A stretch of 26,996 nucleotides of DNA. Origin: Deltaproteobacteria bacterium. GTDB taxonomy: Bacteria; Myxococcota_A; UBA796; SXON01. Below are positions 9,137 to 20,048 of this stretch, piece after piece. The stretch covers positions 1 to 26,996 of the forward strand of contig CANKTH010000066.1 of assembly GCA_947486185.1 (NCBI GenBank), read 5' to 3'. The notes under the pieces were generated by a model. That model was not told the origin of the DNA. It saw nothing but the letters and a program-made list of their open reading frames with translations, and searched no databases. Within the stretch, counting starts at the first letter, position 1; the number at the start of each line of letters is the position of its first letter. The position numbers and the translations under genes are program-made.

Positions 9137-10372
9137 CTACCCCCGCACCGCGGCCACGACCTTGCTGGCCGCGTCCGACATCGAGTCTGCGGGAATGACC
9201 GAGAGGCCGCTCTCCGCAAGGATTTTCTTGCCCATTTCGACGTTCGTCCCTTCGAGGCGCACCACGAGCGGCACCTGGAGTCCGACCTCTCGCACCGCCG
9301 CGAGCACGCCCTCAGCGATGACGTCGCACTTCATGATGCCCCCGAAGATGTTGACGAGGATCGCCTTCACCGCCGGGTCGCGCGTGATGATCTTGAAGGC
9401 CGCCGTCACCTTCTCCTTGTCGGCGCCGCCGCCGACATCGAGGAAGTTGGCTGGCTCTTCGCCGTAGAACTTGATGATGTCCATCGTAGCCATAGCCAGA
9501 CCGGCGCCGTTGACCATGCAGCCGATGGTGCCGTCCAGCTTGACGTAGGACAGGTTGTACTTGCCGGCCTCGATCTCCGAAGGGTCCTCCTCGGCGAGAT
9601 CACGGAGCGCCTCCAGATCCGGGTGACGGAAGAGGGCGTTCTCATCGAAGGTGATCTTGGCGTCCAGGGGCAGCACCCCGCCGTCGGCGGTCACGATCAG
9701 CGGGTTGATCTCGAGCATGGAGCAGTCGTTGATCTGGTAGACCTGGTAGAAGCCCTGGAGCATCTTGACGAAAGCGCTCACCGTCGGACCGCTGAGCCCC
9801 AAGCCGAAAGCAAGATCGCGCGCCTGCCAGGAGCCGAGCCCCACCACGGGATCGACGATACACCGTAGGATCTTCTCGGGGGAATGCGCGGCGACCTCCT
9901 CGATCTCGGTGCCGCCTTCCGCCGACGCCATGACCACCACCCGCGACTGCGCGCGGTCGAGCGTCATCGCGACATAGATCTCCCGGGCGATCCGCGTGCC
10001 CTCTTCGACGAACACACAGTTGACCCGCGTGCCGTCAGGGCCGGTCTGTTTGGTGACGAGGGTAGCGCCCAACATCGCCTGGGCTGCCTCACGCACCTCG
10101 TTGATCGAACGGCAGATCCGAACGCCCCCTTTCCCGGGCAGGCCACCTTCGCCCCGCGACGCGGCGGCGATGACGTCGGGAGCGACCTCTCCCACGAACC
10201 GGCCCATACCACGACCGCCGGCATGCACCTGGGCTTTGACCACCCAGATCTGACCCTCGATGAACTGCGCGACGTGGGCCGCCCCCTCGGGGGTGTGCGC
10301 GGCGCCACCCTTGAGCGTGGCGATACCCTGCTTTCGAAGGAGCTCTTTGGCTTGAAACTCGTGGATCTTCAC
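9137..10372 (-). CDS. sucC: succinyl-CoA synthetase beta subunit (ATP-grasp), with lineage-specific ~23-aa insertion
   Basis: [12 protein letters not shown]...[11 protein letters not shown]...; CoA-ligase C-domain [15 protein letters not shown] and [13 protein letters not shown] start at 10370-10372. Separated from sucD by only 3 nt. Confidence 0.93.
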   Translation of the reverse strand: MKIHEFQAKELLRKQGIATLKGGAAHTPEGAAHVAQFIEGQIWVVKAQVHAGGRGMGRFVGEVAPDVIAAASRGEGGLPGKGGVRICRSINEVREAAQAMLGATLVTKQTGPDGTRVNCVFVEEGTRIAREIYVAMTLDRAQSRVVVMASAEGGTEIEEVAAHSPEKILRCIVDPVVGLGSWQARDLAFGLGLSGPTVSAFVKMLQGFYQVYQINDCSMLEINPLIVTADGGVLPLDAKITFDENALFRHPDLEALRDLAEEDPSEIEAGKYNLSYVKLDGTIGCMVNGAGLAMATMDIIKFYGEEPANFLDVGGGADKEKVTAAFKIITRDPAVKAILVNIFGGIMKCDVIAEGVLAAVREVGLQVPLVVRLEGTNVEMGKKILAESGLSVIPADSMSDAASKVVAAVRG

Positions 10373-10498
10373 GACAACACCCGGCCGCGGGACCGCGGCG
10401 ACAGCTTCAGGGACATAGCCACTCCGAAAATTAGGGGGGCACCTTGGTGATCCGGCCCCAGGGCGTGTGCGCTGCGGCCGGACTTGGGGCTCAGGAGC

Positions 10499-11671
10499 TC
10501 AGGACGCGGTGAGGCGGCGGCGGGGCTGATCCCGCGGAACGTACTTGCAGCGGTAGATCGCCACACCCTTCCCACCACGCGCGACCAGGCGCTCGTCCAC
10601 GATCTGGGCGGCGATGCCGGCCACGCGCGAGAAGCCGAAGAGCACGGTGTAGTACTCGCTGTCGGTGAAGCCGGTCGCGTTGAGCAGGGTGCCCGACACC
10701 GCATCGACGTTCGGGTAGGGGTTGGCGACCTTGGGGTTCTCCTGGAGAACCTTGACCGCGACCTCGCGCATGTTCCGGGCGGTCTGGAACAGAGGATCGT
10801 CGCCGCAGATACGCTCGCCGAGGGCGTACTGCACCCGCGCGCGCGGGTCCTCAGCGCGGAGCACGGCGTGCCCGAAGCCGAAAATGAGCCCTCCGGAAGC
10901 CAGCTCATTACGCACAAAGGCCTCGATCTTCGCCTTGTCCGGCGAGCCGACCTTACGCACGAAATCGAGGCAGTCCTGATTCGCACGGCCGTGCCGGGGG
11001 CCGTAGAGTCCCGCCATCGCCGCGACGTTGGAGGCGTAGACGTCGGCGAGGCCGGACGCGACCGACTTGCCGACGAAGGTGGAGAGGTTGCCACCGCCGT
11101 GGTCGAGATGGAGCACGTAGAAGATGCGGATCATCTCGGTGAGTTTGGCGGGATCACCGCCGGGCATTCCGAGCATGTGAATGAAGTTCTCCACCATGCC
11201 GAGCTCGGGACGGCTCGGAATTGGCGGGCCCCAACCCGAGCGCAGACGGAACACGTTGGCCACGAGTTCCGGCATCCGCGCGATCATATTGAAGGAGTCT
11301 TCCCGGAAATCGCCGGTTTTTCCGGTCATACCCAGGAAGGTGAGCCCCGCCATGAGCCACTCCATCGGGTGGCCGTCACGCGGGAGCGCAGAGAGGAAGC
11401 CGGTCAGGCGGAGATCGACAGCCGCTCGGCGCGCGAGATCTGCCTTGAACGCCGTGAGCTGCTCGGCGTCCGGAAGGTTCTTGTAAAAGAGCAGGTAGAC
11501 CGCGGCTTCGGGGTCGAGCAACGCGAGATCCTCGACGGGGTAACCGACGTAGTGGACGCCCTCGATCGGATCGACCGACGAGGTTCGACAGGTTCCAACC
11601 GGAAAACCACGCAACCCGGTATCAAGGTGTTCCTCGGTGACCTCGAAAAGCACCTTCTTCGTCTCTGACAT
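10499..11671 (-). CDS. gltA: citrate synthase
   Basis: 390 aa with the catalytic GFGHAVLR motif and citrate-synthase signature regions (HLDHGGGNLSTF, DPLF). Confidence 0.9.
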   Translation of the reverse strand: MSETKKVLFEVTEEHLDTGLRGFPVGTCRTSSVDPIEGVHYVGYPVEDLALLDPEAAVYLLFYKNLPDAEQLTAFKADLARRAAVDLRLTGFLSALPRDGHPMEWLMAGLTFLGMTGKTGDFREDSFNMIARMPELVANVFRLRSGWGPPIPSRPELGMVENFIHMLGMPGGDPAKLTEMIRIFYVLHLDHGGGNLSTFVGKSVASGLADVYASNVAAMAGLYGPRHGRANQDCLDFVRKVGSPDKAKIEAFVRNELASGGLIFGFGHAVLRAEDPRARVQYALGERICGDDPLFQTARNMREVAVKVLQENPKVANPYPNVDAVSGTLLNATGFTDSEYYTVLFGFSRVAGIAAQIVDERLVARGGKGVAIYRCKYVPRDQPRRRLTAS

Positions 11672-11701
11672 GGCCGCTCCAAAAGGGGGGACCCGTTATC
11701 C

Positions 11702-12336
11702 GAGACAGGGCGCCGCGACCAGGGTCGGGCGCGCTATGACGATCTCCGTACCGGCACCTACCCGTCGCGGGAACGGGCGCTGGGCGGTCTCGGTTGGACG
11801 ATCGTGCCGGTGGTGCTGGTCATCGCCGGCTTGATGCGGATCAATACGCGCTCGTGGGCCGCGACCGCCATCGTGGTGCTCTCACGGCCGCTCTCGGTGT
11901 GCGGCGCGCTCTGGCTCCTTTGGATGCTTGACTACAATCTGAGCGTCGCGGTGATCGTGGCACCATCGCGCTCGCCGGGGTGGACGCCGAGACCGGCGTG
12001 GTCATGCTGTTCTATCTCCGGCTCGCGTGGGAGAAGCGCCTACAAAGCGGCGGGATCACCTCCGCCGAAGACGCTGAGGGCGCGAACGTCGAGGGGGCCG
12101 CCCGCCGCCTCCGACCCAAGCTGATGACGGTAGTGACCGATATGATCGGCTTTATTCAAGTATTTATCGTTGGCGGCCTCGGGTCGGATGTCATGCGATG
12201 TATCGTCGCGCCGATGGTCGGCGGCCTGCTGGTGAGCTCCGCGGTAGAGCTACTCGTTCATCCCGCTGTTTTCGCGATCTGGCGCGGACGAGGCGCCAGA
12301 GGATGCGCCCCACGGCGGCCGACCCCGGCCGGCTGA
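11702..12336 (+). pseudogene. remnant of a heavy-metal-efflux RND transporter gene (CusA/CzcA family): C-terminal ~210 codons only, with a frameshift near 11945-11960
   Basis: Frame 2 (roughly 11720-11960) reads RERALGRLGWTIVPVVLVIAGLMRINTRSWAATAIVVLSRPLSVCGALWLLWMLDYNLSVA. Frame 1 (11950-12336) reads IALAGVDAETGVVMLFYLRLAWEKR...RLRPKLMTVVTDMIGFIQVFIVGGLGSDVMRCIVAPMVGGLLVSSAVELLVHPAVFAIW. Together these align with TM9-TM12 and the C-terminus of E. coli CusA (…MERAKERLSLVIPLTLLIIF…[30 protein letters not shown]…[20 protein letters not shown]…[35 protein letters not shown]). No upstream ~830 codons are present, because the gltA start lies at 11671. Confidence 0.6.
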
Positions 12337-12419
12337 CCGCGTAGAGGCCCATCGGGGAGACGGGCCCTCGAACCTTGCCCTCAGCTCCCAAACTCGATAG
12401 AGACGCCCCCCTCTTAGAC

Positions 12420-12435
12420 CCGCCCTCGTGGGCGG
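12420..12435 (+). promoter_or_regulatory. perfect 6-bp palindrome CCGCCC-TCGT-GGGCGG in the sdhC leader, 25 nt upstream of the start codon
   Basis: Read directly from the sequence. Possible operator or leader hairpin; function unknown. Confidence 0.25.
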
Positions 12436-12459
12436 CACGAGCCCTCCCAGCCCGAGGCG

Positions 12460-13146
12460 GTGATGTCCTGGCTCACGATGTTCCTCCGTTCTACCGTCGG
12501 CTCCAAAGCCGCCATGGCCGTGAGCGGCGTGATCCTCTACGGGTTCACGCTGGTTCATATGGCCGGGAACCTCAACGTTTTCCTCGGTCAGAAGGCGATG
12601 GCCGAGTACGTTCAGGTGCTCCACCTCGTGCCCGAGGTGGTCTGGGCCGTGCGCGCGGTGCTGCTCGCCTGCCTCGTGGTCCACATCGGCGCCTATAGCC
12701 GCTTGTTGGCCCAGACACGCGCGGCTCGGCCGGTGGCCTACAAGAGCTGGAAGGCCCGCGCCTCCACCTTCGCCTCCCGCAGCATGTTGGTTACCGGGCC
12801 GTTGCTCCTGATCTACATCGTGGTCCACCTGCTCCATCTCACCGTTGGCGCGCTCCAACCGCTCAAATACCAGAGCGGTGAGCACGCCCACCTGATGGAC
12901 GCCTACGCCAATCTGGTCAACGGCCTCGGCGGAAGCTGGTGGTGGATGGGCGGCTTCTACCTGATCGTGAGCGTCACGCTCGGGGTCCACCTCTGGCACG
13001 GCGGCTTTGCCTTCACCAAGACCCTCGGCCTCTCCGCGGGGCGTCAGCTCCAACTCGCGCGGCTCATCGCCACCGCGCTGGCCGTCACGGTGGCCGGCGG
13101 CAACGTGCTCATCGTCACCGCGCTGCTCACCGGCCTGGTCAAGTAG
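12460..13146 (+). CDS. sdhC: succinate dehydrogenase cytochrome b subunit, b558 (Bacillus/type-B) family
   Basis: Five predicted TM helices in 228 aa with conserved His residues ([32 protein letters not shown]), typical of diheme single-subunit anchors of type-B SQR. GTG 12460 / ATG 12463 start with a GAGG RBS. Confidence 0.8.
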   Translation: MMSWLTMFLRSTVGSKAAMAVSGVILYGFTLVHMAGNLNVFLGQKAMAEYVQVLHLVPEVVWAVRAVLLACLVVHIGAYSRLLAQTRAARPVAYKSWKARASTFASRSMLVTGPLLLIYIVVHLLHLTVGALQPLKYQSGEHAHLMDAYANLVNGLGGSWWWMGGFYLIVSVTLGVHLWHGGFAFTKTLGLSAGRQLQLARLIATALAVTVAGGNVLIVTALLTGLVK

Positions 13147-13154
13147 GAGGCGTC

Positions 13155-15076
<1,922 letters not shown>

Positions 15077-15080
<4 letters not shown>

Positions 15081-15853
15081 AGATCGTGCTGAACATCTGG
15101 CGTCAGTCGACTCGCTCCGCGAAAGGCGCTTTCGAACGCCACGAGCTCGCGGATGTCACCGAGCATATGTCCTTCCTGGAGATGCTTGATGTGCTCAACG
15201 AGCGGCTCACGGCCCAGGGAAAGGAACCGGTCGCCTTTGACCACGACTGTCGCGAGGGCATCTGTGGCGCTTGCGGCTTCATGATCGACGGCCAGGCGCA
15301 CGGACCCGCGGTGCGCACGACGGTCTGCCAGCTCCACATGCGCTCCTTCAAAGACGGCGACGAGCTGTGCCTCGAGCCCTTCCGGGCCGCGGCGTTCCCC
15401 GTGGTCCGCGATCTCATGGTGGATCGGAGCGCGTTTGACCGGATCGTGCAGGCGGGCGGGTTCATCTCGGTCAACACCGGCAGCGCGCCCGAGGCCAACT
15501 CGACGCCGGTCGGCAAAGACGCCGCCGACAAAGCATTTGACGCGGCCGCGTGTATCGGCTGCGGCGCCTGTGTCGCGTCGTGCCCCAACGCATCGGCGAT
15601 GTTGTTCACCTCCGCCAAGGCGAGCCATCTCGGCCTGCTCCCGCACGGTCTCCCCGAGCGGCACGACCGCGCGGTGCGTATGGTCAGCCAGATGGACGCC
15701 GAAGGATTCGGGCACTGTTCGCAACACACCGAGTGCGAAGCGGTGTGCCCCAAGGGCATCAAGGTCGAGAACATCGCCAGGCTCAACCGGGATTATCTCT
15801 TCGCTTCGCTGTTTCACAGCCCGCGGGAAGGCGAGGCCGACGGCGGCGGCTGA
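15077..15853 (+). CDS. sdhB: succinate dehydrogenase iron-sulfur subunit
   Basis: CREGICGAC (2Fe-2S), [12 protein letters not shown] (4Fe-4S) and [12 protein letters not shown] (3Fe-4S) cysteine clusters. The ATG overlaps the sdhA stop (ATGA). Confidence 0.9.
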
Positions 15854-15876
15854 GCCGGCATTCTCGGCAGCCCCCT

Positions 15877-16293
15877 TCAGTCGGCGCCTTTCTTCTCCAT
15901 CCGCGCGCCCTCGCCTTGGCCGTTCCGGACGACGATGAGCTCGCCGTCCACGAATGCGAGCGTATTCTGAACGCGGAACTCGGTGGAAGGCCTCAACGAG
16001 TCGAAGCGGAGCTCGGTACCGTCAAACGCGACTGCGGAGATCACAAATCGCTCCCCGTCGGCGCTGTCCCATCCATCGACCCTGAGCTGGCCGCCCGACA
16101 TACAGGCTCGGAAGATCGCCGACGAATCCTCAGGCTGCCAGGCCCCGAGGAAGGGTCGCAGCGCAGGCGCCGCCCCCGTCGGATCACAGGGGGCGTTGAC
16201 GTCCAGCGCCCCCGTGTCGAGCCCGGACACCGGCGCCACGCCCTTGGGGCAGCCCGAGAGCGCGAGAACCAGGGCGACGTTCCAGGCTTTCAA
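15877..16293 (-). CDS. hypothetical lipoprotein
   Basis: Signal peptide with lipobox LALSGC (MKAWNVALVLALSGC). Good GC3. Convergent with sdhB, with only a 23-bp spacer. Confidence 0.55.
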   Translation of the reverse strand: MKAWNVALVLALSGCPKGVAPVSGLDTGALDVNAPCDPTGAAPALRPFLGAWQPEDSSAIFRACMSGGQLRVDGWDSADGERFVISAVAFDGTELRFDSLRPSTEFRVQNTLAFVDGELIVVRNGQGEGARMEKKGAD

Positions 16294-16314
16294 CTACCCC
16301 TCCCTAGGGTCGGG

Positions 16315-17502
16315 TCAGCGGCTCTGGCTTGCCCCGAAGTAGCTCCGAACCGCGTCGGCCATGTCGGTACGTTCCCAGGTAAAATCGGGATCGTTCCGTC
16401 CGAAATGACCGTAGGCGGCGGTCTTGCGGTAGATCGGCCGCATGAGGTTGAGGTGCTGGATGAGCCCCTTGGGGCGGGTGGGGAACAGCTCCCGCACACA
16501 TTGGCCCAACGCCTCCTCCGACACCTCTGAGGTGCCGAAGGTGCTCACCATCACGCTCACCGGCTCAGCGACGCCGATCGCGTACGCGAGCTGCACCATC
16601 GCGCGCTCGCACACGCCGGCGGCTACGAGGTTCTTCGCGATGTACCGGCCCATGTAGGCTGCGGAACGATCGACCTTGGAGGGGTCCTTCCCGGAGAAGG
16701 CGCCGCCGCCGTGAGCGCCGTGACCACCATAGGTGTCCACGATGATCTTCCGACCGGTGACACCGGTGTCTCCCATCGGCCCGCCGATCTCGAACTTACC
16801 AGTCGGATTCACAAAATAGCGGGTGTTCGCGTCCAACAGGTGAGCCGGCAGCTCCTTCTTGATCAGCTCGTCGATGATCTGGGAGCGGATCAACGCGTGA
16901 TCCCGCGGCGCGTGCTGGGTGGACACGACCACGGTATCAATCCGCGCAATCTGACCGTCACGGTACTCGATAGTGACCTGGCTCTTGGAGTCGGGCCGCA
17001 CCCAGGACCACGTCGGGTCGTTCTTGCGATGAAAGGCCAGCCTCTCCATGAGCTGATGCGAATACTGCAGGGTCGCGGGCATCAGCTCCGGGGTCTCATT
17101 GATCGCGTAGCCAAACATCATGCCCTGATCGCCGGCGCCCTGCTCCTGGAACAGGCCCTCGCCCTCGGACACCCCCTGGGAGATGTCGGGAGATTGTTCC
17201 TCGATCGCGACCATCACCGCGCAGGTGCTGCCGTCGAAGCCGGTGTCGGTATGGTTGAAGCCGATTTCGTTGACCACCTTCCGCACGATCTTGGGCACCG
17301 CGACGTTGACCGTCGGCGGCGCGGTGATCTCACCTGCGACCACGACGAGGCCCGTCTTGACGAGGGTCTCGCACGCAACACGGGCGGTCGGGTACTGGGC
17401 CAGGTAGGCGTCCAGCACCGCATCCGAGATCTGGTCGCACATCTTGTCCGGGTGGCCTTCGGAGACCGACTCGGAGGTGAAAAGATAGTTCTTCAATGCC
17501 AT
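16315..17502 (-). CDS. metK: S-adenosylmethionine synthetase
   Basis: [28 protein letters not shown]..., GAGDQG and [19 protein letters not shown] signatures. Start at the second Met (17500-17502). Confidence 0.94.
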   Translation of the reverse strand: MALKNYLFTSESVSEGHPDKMCDQISDAVLDAYLAQYPTARVACETLVKTGLVVVAGEITAPPTVNVAVPKIVRKVVNEIGFNHTDTGFDGSTCAVMVAIEEQSPDISQGVSEGEGLFQEQGAGDQGMMFGYAINETPELMPATLQYSHQLMERLAFHRKNDPTWSWVRPDSKSQVTIEYRDGQIARIDTVVVSTQHAPRDHALIRSQIIDELIKKELPAHLLDANTRYFVNPTGKFEIGGPMGDTGVTGRKIIVDTYGGHGAHGGGAFSGKDPSKVDRSAAYMGRYIAKNLVAAGVCERAMVQLAYAIGVAEPVSVMVSTFGTSEVSEEALGQCVRELFPTRPKGLIQHLNLMRPIYRKTAAYGHFGRNDPDFTWERTDMADAVRSYFGASQSR

Positions 17503-17565
17503 AGATCTTTTTCGCTCCTGAAAACCGGGCACCACCGGCGGCCGGCATACGATGAAGGGGGCGGG

Positions 17566-17594
17566 AGTATCCCGGGCTCACGCGCCACTGTCAA
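17566..17594 (-). promoter_or_regulatory. putative sigma-70-type promoter of metK: TTGACA -17 nt- GATACT
   Basis: On the minus strand, TTGACA (plus 17589-17594) and GATACT (plus 17566-17571) are separated by 17 nt. This leaves a ~57-nt leader before the metK ATG, too short for a SAM-I riboswitch. Confidence 0.4.
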
Positions 17595-17670
17595 GCCCCC
17601 AAACGCTCCGGTGAGGGAGCGTACCGACCCCGATCCCAGCGCTCCCGCGCGTCGGGGTCCGGGTTCGCCG

Positions 17671-18234
17671 TCAGCCGTTGGAGGCGCCTGGACTCGCACG
17701 CTCCAATGACTTCCACTCCGCGCCGCCGTCCGGGACGCGGCCCATCGACACGTCCTGGGCCTGGTCCTTGAACTCCACTGCGTCGAGCCGGATCGGGTCG
17801 TTGCCGCCATCCACCAGGAAGATCGCGAGGAAGTCCTCCTTCCGGTTGAGCTTGTACGGCGCGTGCGTGGGGCCCTGCTCCGGCTGGTCGTCGCACCAGA
17901 TCAGGAGAAAACCACCGGGCTCCATCGACCGGTCCTCGGGGAGGGCAAACTTGGTGGGAGTTTCCAGATCATCGGTGAGGTACAGCCCAGCGAGCTCGAC
18001 GGTCTCGGAGCCACCGTTGTAGATCTCCACCCAGTCGTCAAACTCCCCGACATAGTCAGGGTCCTCGTATACCGTCCGGTTTGATGCCAGAAACTCGTTG
18101 AGTGAGAGCTCAGGCACGTCCATCTCGGGCGTGACACCCGAGGTCTCGGTGTCATCCCCAACGTCGGGTTTGCTCGCCTCGCACGCGACGAGGAAAATCA
18201 GCGGCAGCACGATCATCGCTCCAGGGTACCTCAT
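17671..18234 (-). CDS. lamin-tail-domain (LTD) lipoprotein
   Basis: Lipobox LVAC in MRYPGAMIVLPLIFLVACEA. LTD-like core LSLNEFLASN...DDWVEIYNGGSETVELAGLYLTDD...FALPE...GGFLLIW. Start at an internal Met of the ORF-track ORF. Confidence 0.7.
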   Translation of the reverse strand: MRYPGAMIVLPLIFLVACEASKPDVGDDTETSGVTPEMDVPELSLNEFLASNRTVYEDPDYVGEFDDWVEIYNGGSETVELAGLYLTDDLETPTKFALPEDRSMEPGGFLLIWCDDQPEQGPTHAPYKLNRKEDFLAIFLVDGGNDPIRLDAVEFKDQAQDVSMGRVPDGGAEWKSLERASPGASNG

Positions 18235-18283
18235 CCCGGCAGCATACAAGGTCGGGCCGCAACCGGCTATGAAGGGGCCGCCC

Positions 18284-18931
18284 ATGATCGTGCCCGATGT
18301 CGAGCTCTTTGACCGCCTGCTGGAGATCCTGCCCTCGCCGGTGGCAGTCTCAGATCGTGCAGGTCTGATCGTGCTGTTCAACTCCGCGGCAGAAGCTCTG
18401 CTCGGCTACAGCCAAACGGAGGCGCTCGGGCTGCACGCGAGTGAGCTCTACCAGTATCCCGAGCTTGCACCTCGGCTGATGGCTCGGCTACGGTCGTCGG
18501 ACGGGCACGGCGGGAGCGCGGCCGAGCCCACCGAAGTGGTGCTGCGGAGCAGGGACGGCACCCCGATCCCTGCGCGAATGGCCGCTTGCCTGCTCCGGGA
18601 CGCAAACGGCCAGCCCGCCGGGGTGGTGGCCGTGTACACCGACCTTCGGGAGACGCGGGCGCTCGAACGCGGACTTGATCAGGCGAAGGCGCAGGTCTCC
18701 GCCGCCGAACGCCGAGCCGCGCGCCTCTCGGCCGCGTCGAACCTGACCCACGCGATGTCCCAACCGCTCACGGCCGCGATGGGCAACATCGAACTCGCGC
18801 TCATGAACCGGGATCCGAGCGGGCACGAGCGGCTCCAACGTTGTTTTGAGCAGCTCGAACGTATCGCTCAGATCCACCAGGAGCTCACGGGCGTGCTCGT
18901 GTCGCGCGTAGACACTCTGCAGCGTTCCTGA
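18284..18931 (+). CDS. PAS domain protein with HisKA-like (DHp) phosphoacceptor helix but no ATPase (CA) domain
   Basis: GAAGGGG RBS 6 nt before the ATG at 18284. The N-terminal ~120 aa are PAS-like (LLEILPSPVAVSDRAGLIVLFNSAAEALLGY...VVLRSRDGTPIPARMAACLLRDANGQPAGVVAVYTDL), followed by a coiled coil and an H-box-like segment LTHAMSQPLTAAMGNIELAL. The ORF ends ~60 aa later, with no N/G1/G2 boxes. Confidence 0.6.
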   Translation: MIVPDVELFDRLLEILPSPVAVSDRAGLIVLFNSAAEALLGYSQTEALGLHASELYQYPELAPRLMARLRSSDGHGGSAAEPTEVVLRSRDGTPIPARMAACLLRDANGQPAGVVAVYTDLRETRALERGLDQAKAQVSAAERRAARLSAASNLTHAMSQPLTAAMGNIELALMNRDPSGHERLQRCFEQLERIAQIHQELTGVLVSRVDTLQRS

Positions 18932-18938
18932 CAGGCTC

Positions 18939-19835
18939 ATGTCAAGCTTATTGTGGTTTCTCCTTTCGTTTCCCGCGGTGATGTCGCCGCCGGCCGTCGC
19001 GGTGCAGGTGCACTTCCGCGTGGAGTCCTGCCCGCTCGGGAGCGGTAACGTCAAGATCTACGAGCGGATCTCGCAGAACGCCCACGGCGGCTGGGACTCC
19101 GATCTCGCGTCCTACGCCAGCGGGGGGCAGTGGCGGACCTTCCGGGTCGCGACGTGTATGGAAGGACTGTTCTCTTTGTACAACGAAGATTTCAGTCGCA
19201 CCTTCACCGCCGCGGAGCGCGTCCGCCTCGAGGTGGCGCTCAAGAACCGCGTCGCGGCGCTCGCCGTGCCTGACGCGCCGGAGATCTGGGAGCGCTACGG
19301 CATCGCCGCAGCGATGTATACGGAGCTCGGAAAGGACGCGGCATTCCTCGGAGAACTCTGGTTGGAGGCCTCGTGGACCGCGCGCGACGCCGCGGTTGGC
19401 TACTACCCGGGCCTCGAGGGACCCGCGGGCGCGCGCACGCTGCTCGACGCAGGCGGCGCGGAGCTGGCCAAACCGTTGGCGGTGGAGGACCGCAAGAAAG
19501 TGCTCTTCAACCTCGTCCGGATCGCTGAACGTGCCGGCCTGCCGACGCAGCGGGATCTGCATCTCGCCGCGTTCGAGAGCTCGGGACCGATGACGGACCA
19601 GGAAAAGACGGTGGTCTCCCGCTTCAAAAAGCTCACCCGGGAGGTCATCCCCGAGCTCCAGGATCACGTGATCCGCGAATACACCGCGGCGCTGATGACC
19701 CAGGGGACACGCCCCGAACAGCGGGCCCGCATGAGCTATGTGCTCGCGGATACCTTGCGCCGGCGCGGACGAGTCGCCGAGGCATCCGGTCTGTTCGCGG
19801 CGGTCGCCAAGGATCCGGCCGCGCCGGCCTCCTGA
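18939..19835 (+). CDS. hypothetical secreted protein
   Basis: N-terminal hydrophobic signal-like segment MSSLLWFLLSFPAVMSPPAVA. Very high GC3 in the body supports the plus-strand frame over the antisense ORF 18948..19916. No recognisable domain. Confidence 0.55.
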   Translation: MSSLLWFLLSFPAVMSPPAVAVQVHFRVESCPLGSGNVKIYERISQNAHGGWDSDLASYASGGQWRTFRVATCMEGLFSLYNEDFSRTFTAAERVRLEVALKNRVAALAVPDAPEIWERYGIAAAMYTELGKDAAFLGELWLEASWTARDAAVGYYPGLEGPAGARTLLDAGGAELAKPLAVEDRKKVLFNLVRIAERAGLPTQRDLHLAAFESSGPMTDQEKTVVSRFKKLTREVIPELQDHVIREYTAALMTQGTRPEQRARMSYVLADTLRRRGRVAEASGLFAAVAKDPAAPAS

Positions 19836-19872
19836 CAACAGCTCGCGACGCTGCTCGGCGGTTGGTGCAGCG

Positions 19873-19905
19873 CCTGACGCCTGAGGGTTGACGTTCGGCG
19901 TCAGG
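19873..19905 (+). terminator. GC-rich hairpin (9-bp stem CCTGACGCC/GGCGTCAGG, 15-nt loop), 38 nt after the stop of the 18939..19835 gene
   Basis: Inverted repeat read directly from the sequence. No U-tract follows, so it is terminator-like only. Confidence 0.3.
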
Positions 19906-20048
19906 TGTACAAACATGAGCCCATGGGCCCCTTCCCGTTGCAGCGCGAGAAGGGGCTCTCCCGTTTTTCGGGGCGCGGGTGGTCCGCGCGCGAGGCCGAG
20001 AGCGGTCTCGGCACCGGAAGCAGATTAGTCGTCCGACGGAGGTAGCTC

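Noticed and set aside
12988-13008. sigma-54-like motif CTGGCACGGCGGCTTTGCC
   Set aside because: The GG/GC element spacing is off by 2 nt relative to TGGCAC-N5-TTGC, and it lies inside the sdhC coding sequence.
17503-17670. Possible SAM riboswitch upstream of metK
   Set aside because: The leader is only ~57 nt after the predicted promoter; no SAM-I-like helices or conserved motifs were recognisable. Left as a check in the findings.
19915-20037. 40-aa ORF in the spacer before the SPFH gene
   Set aside because: No RBS, and the translation is Arg/Ala/Gly-rich and low-complexity; likely non-coding leader.
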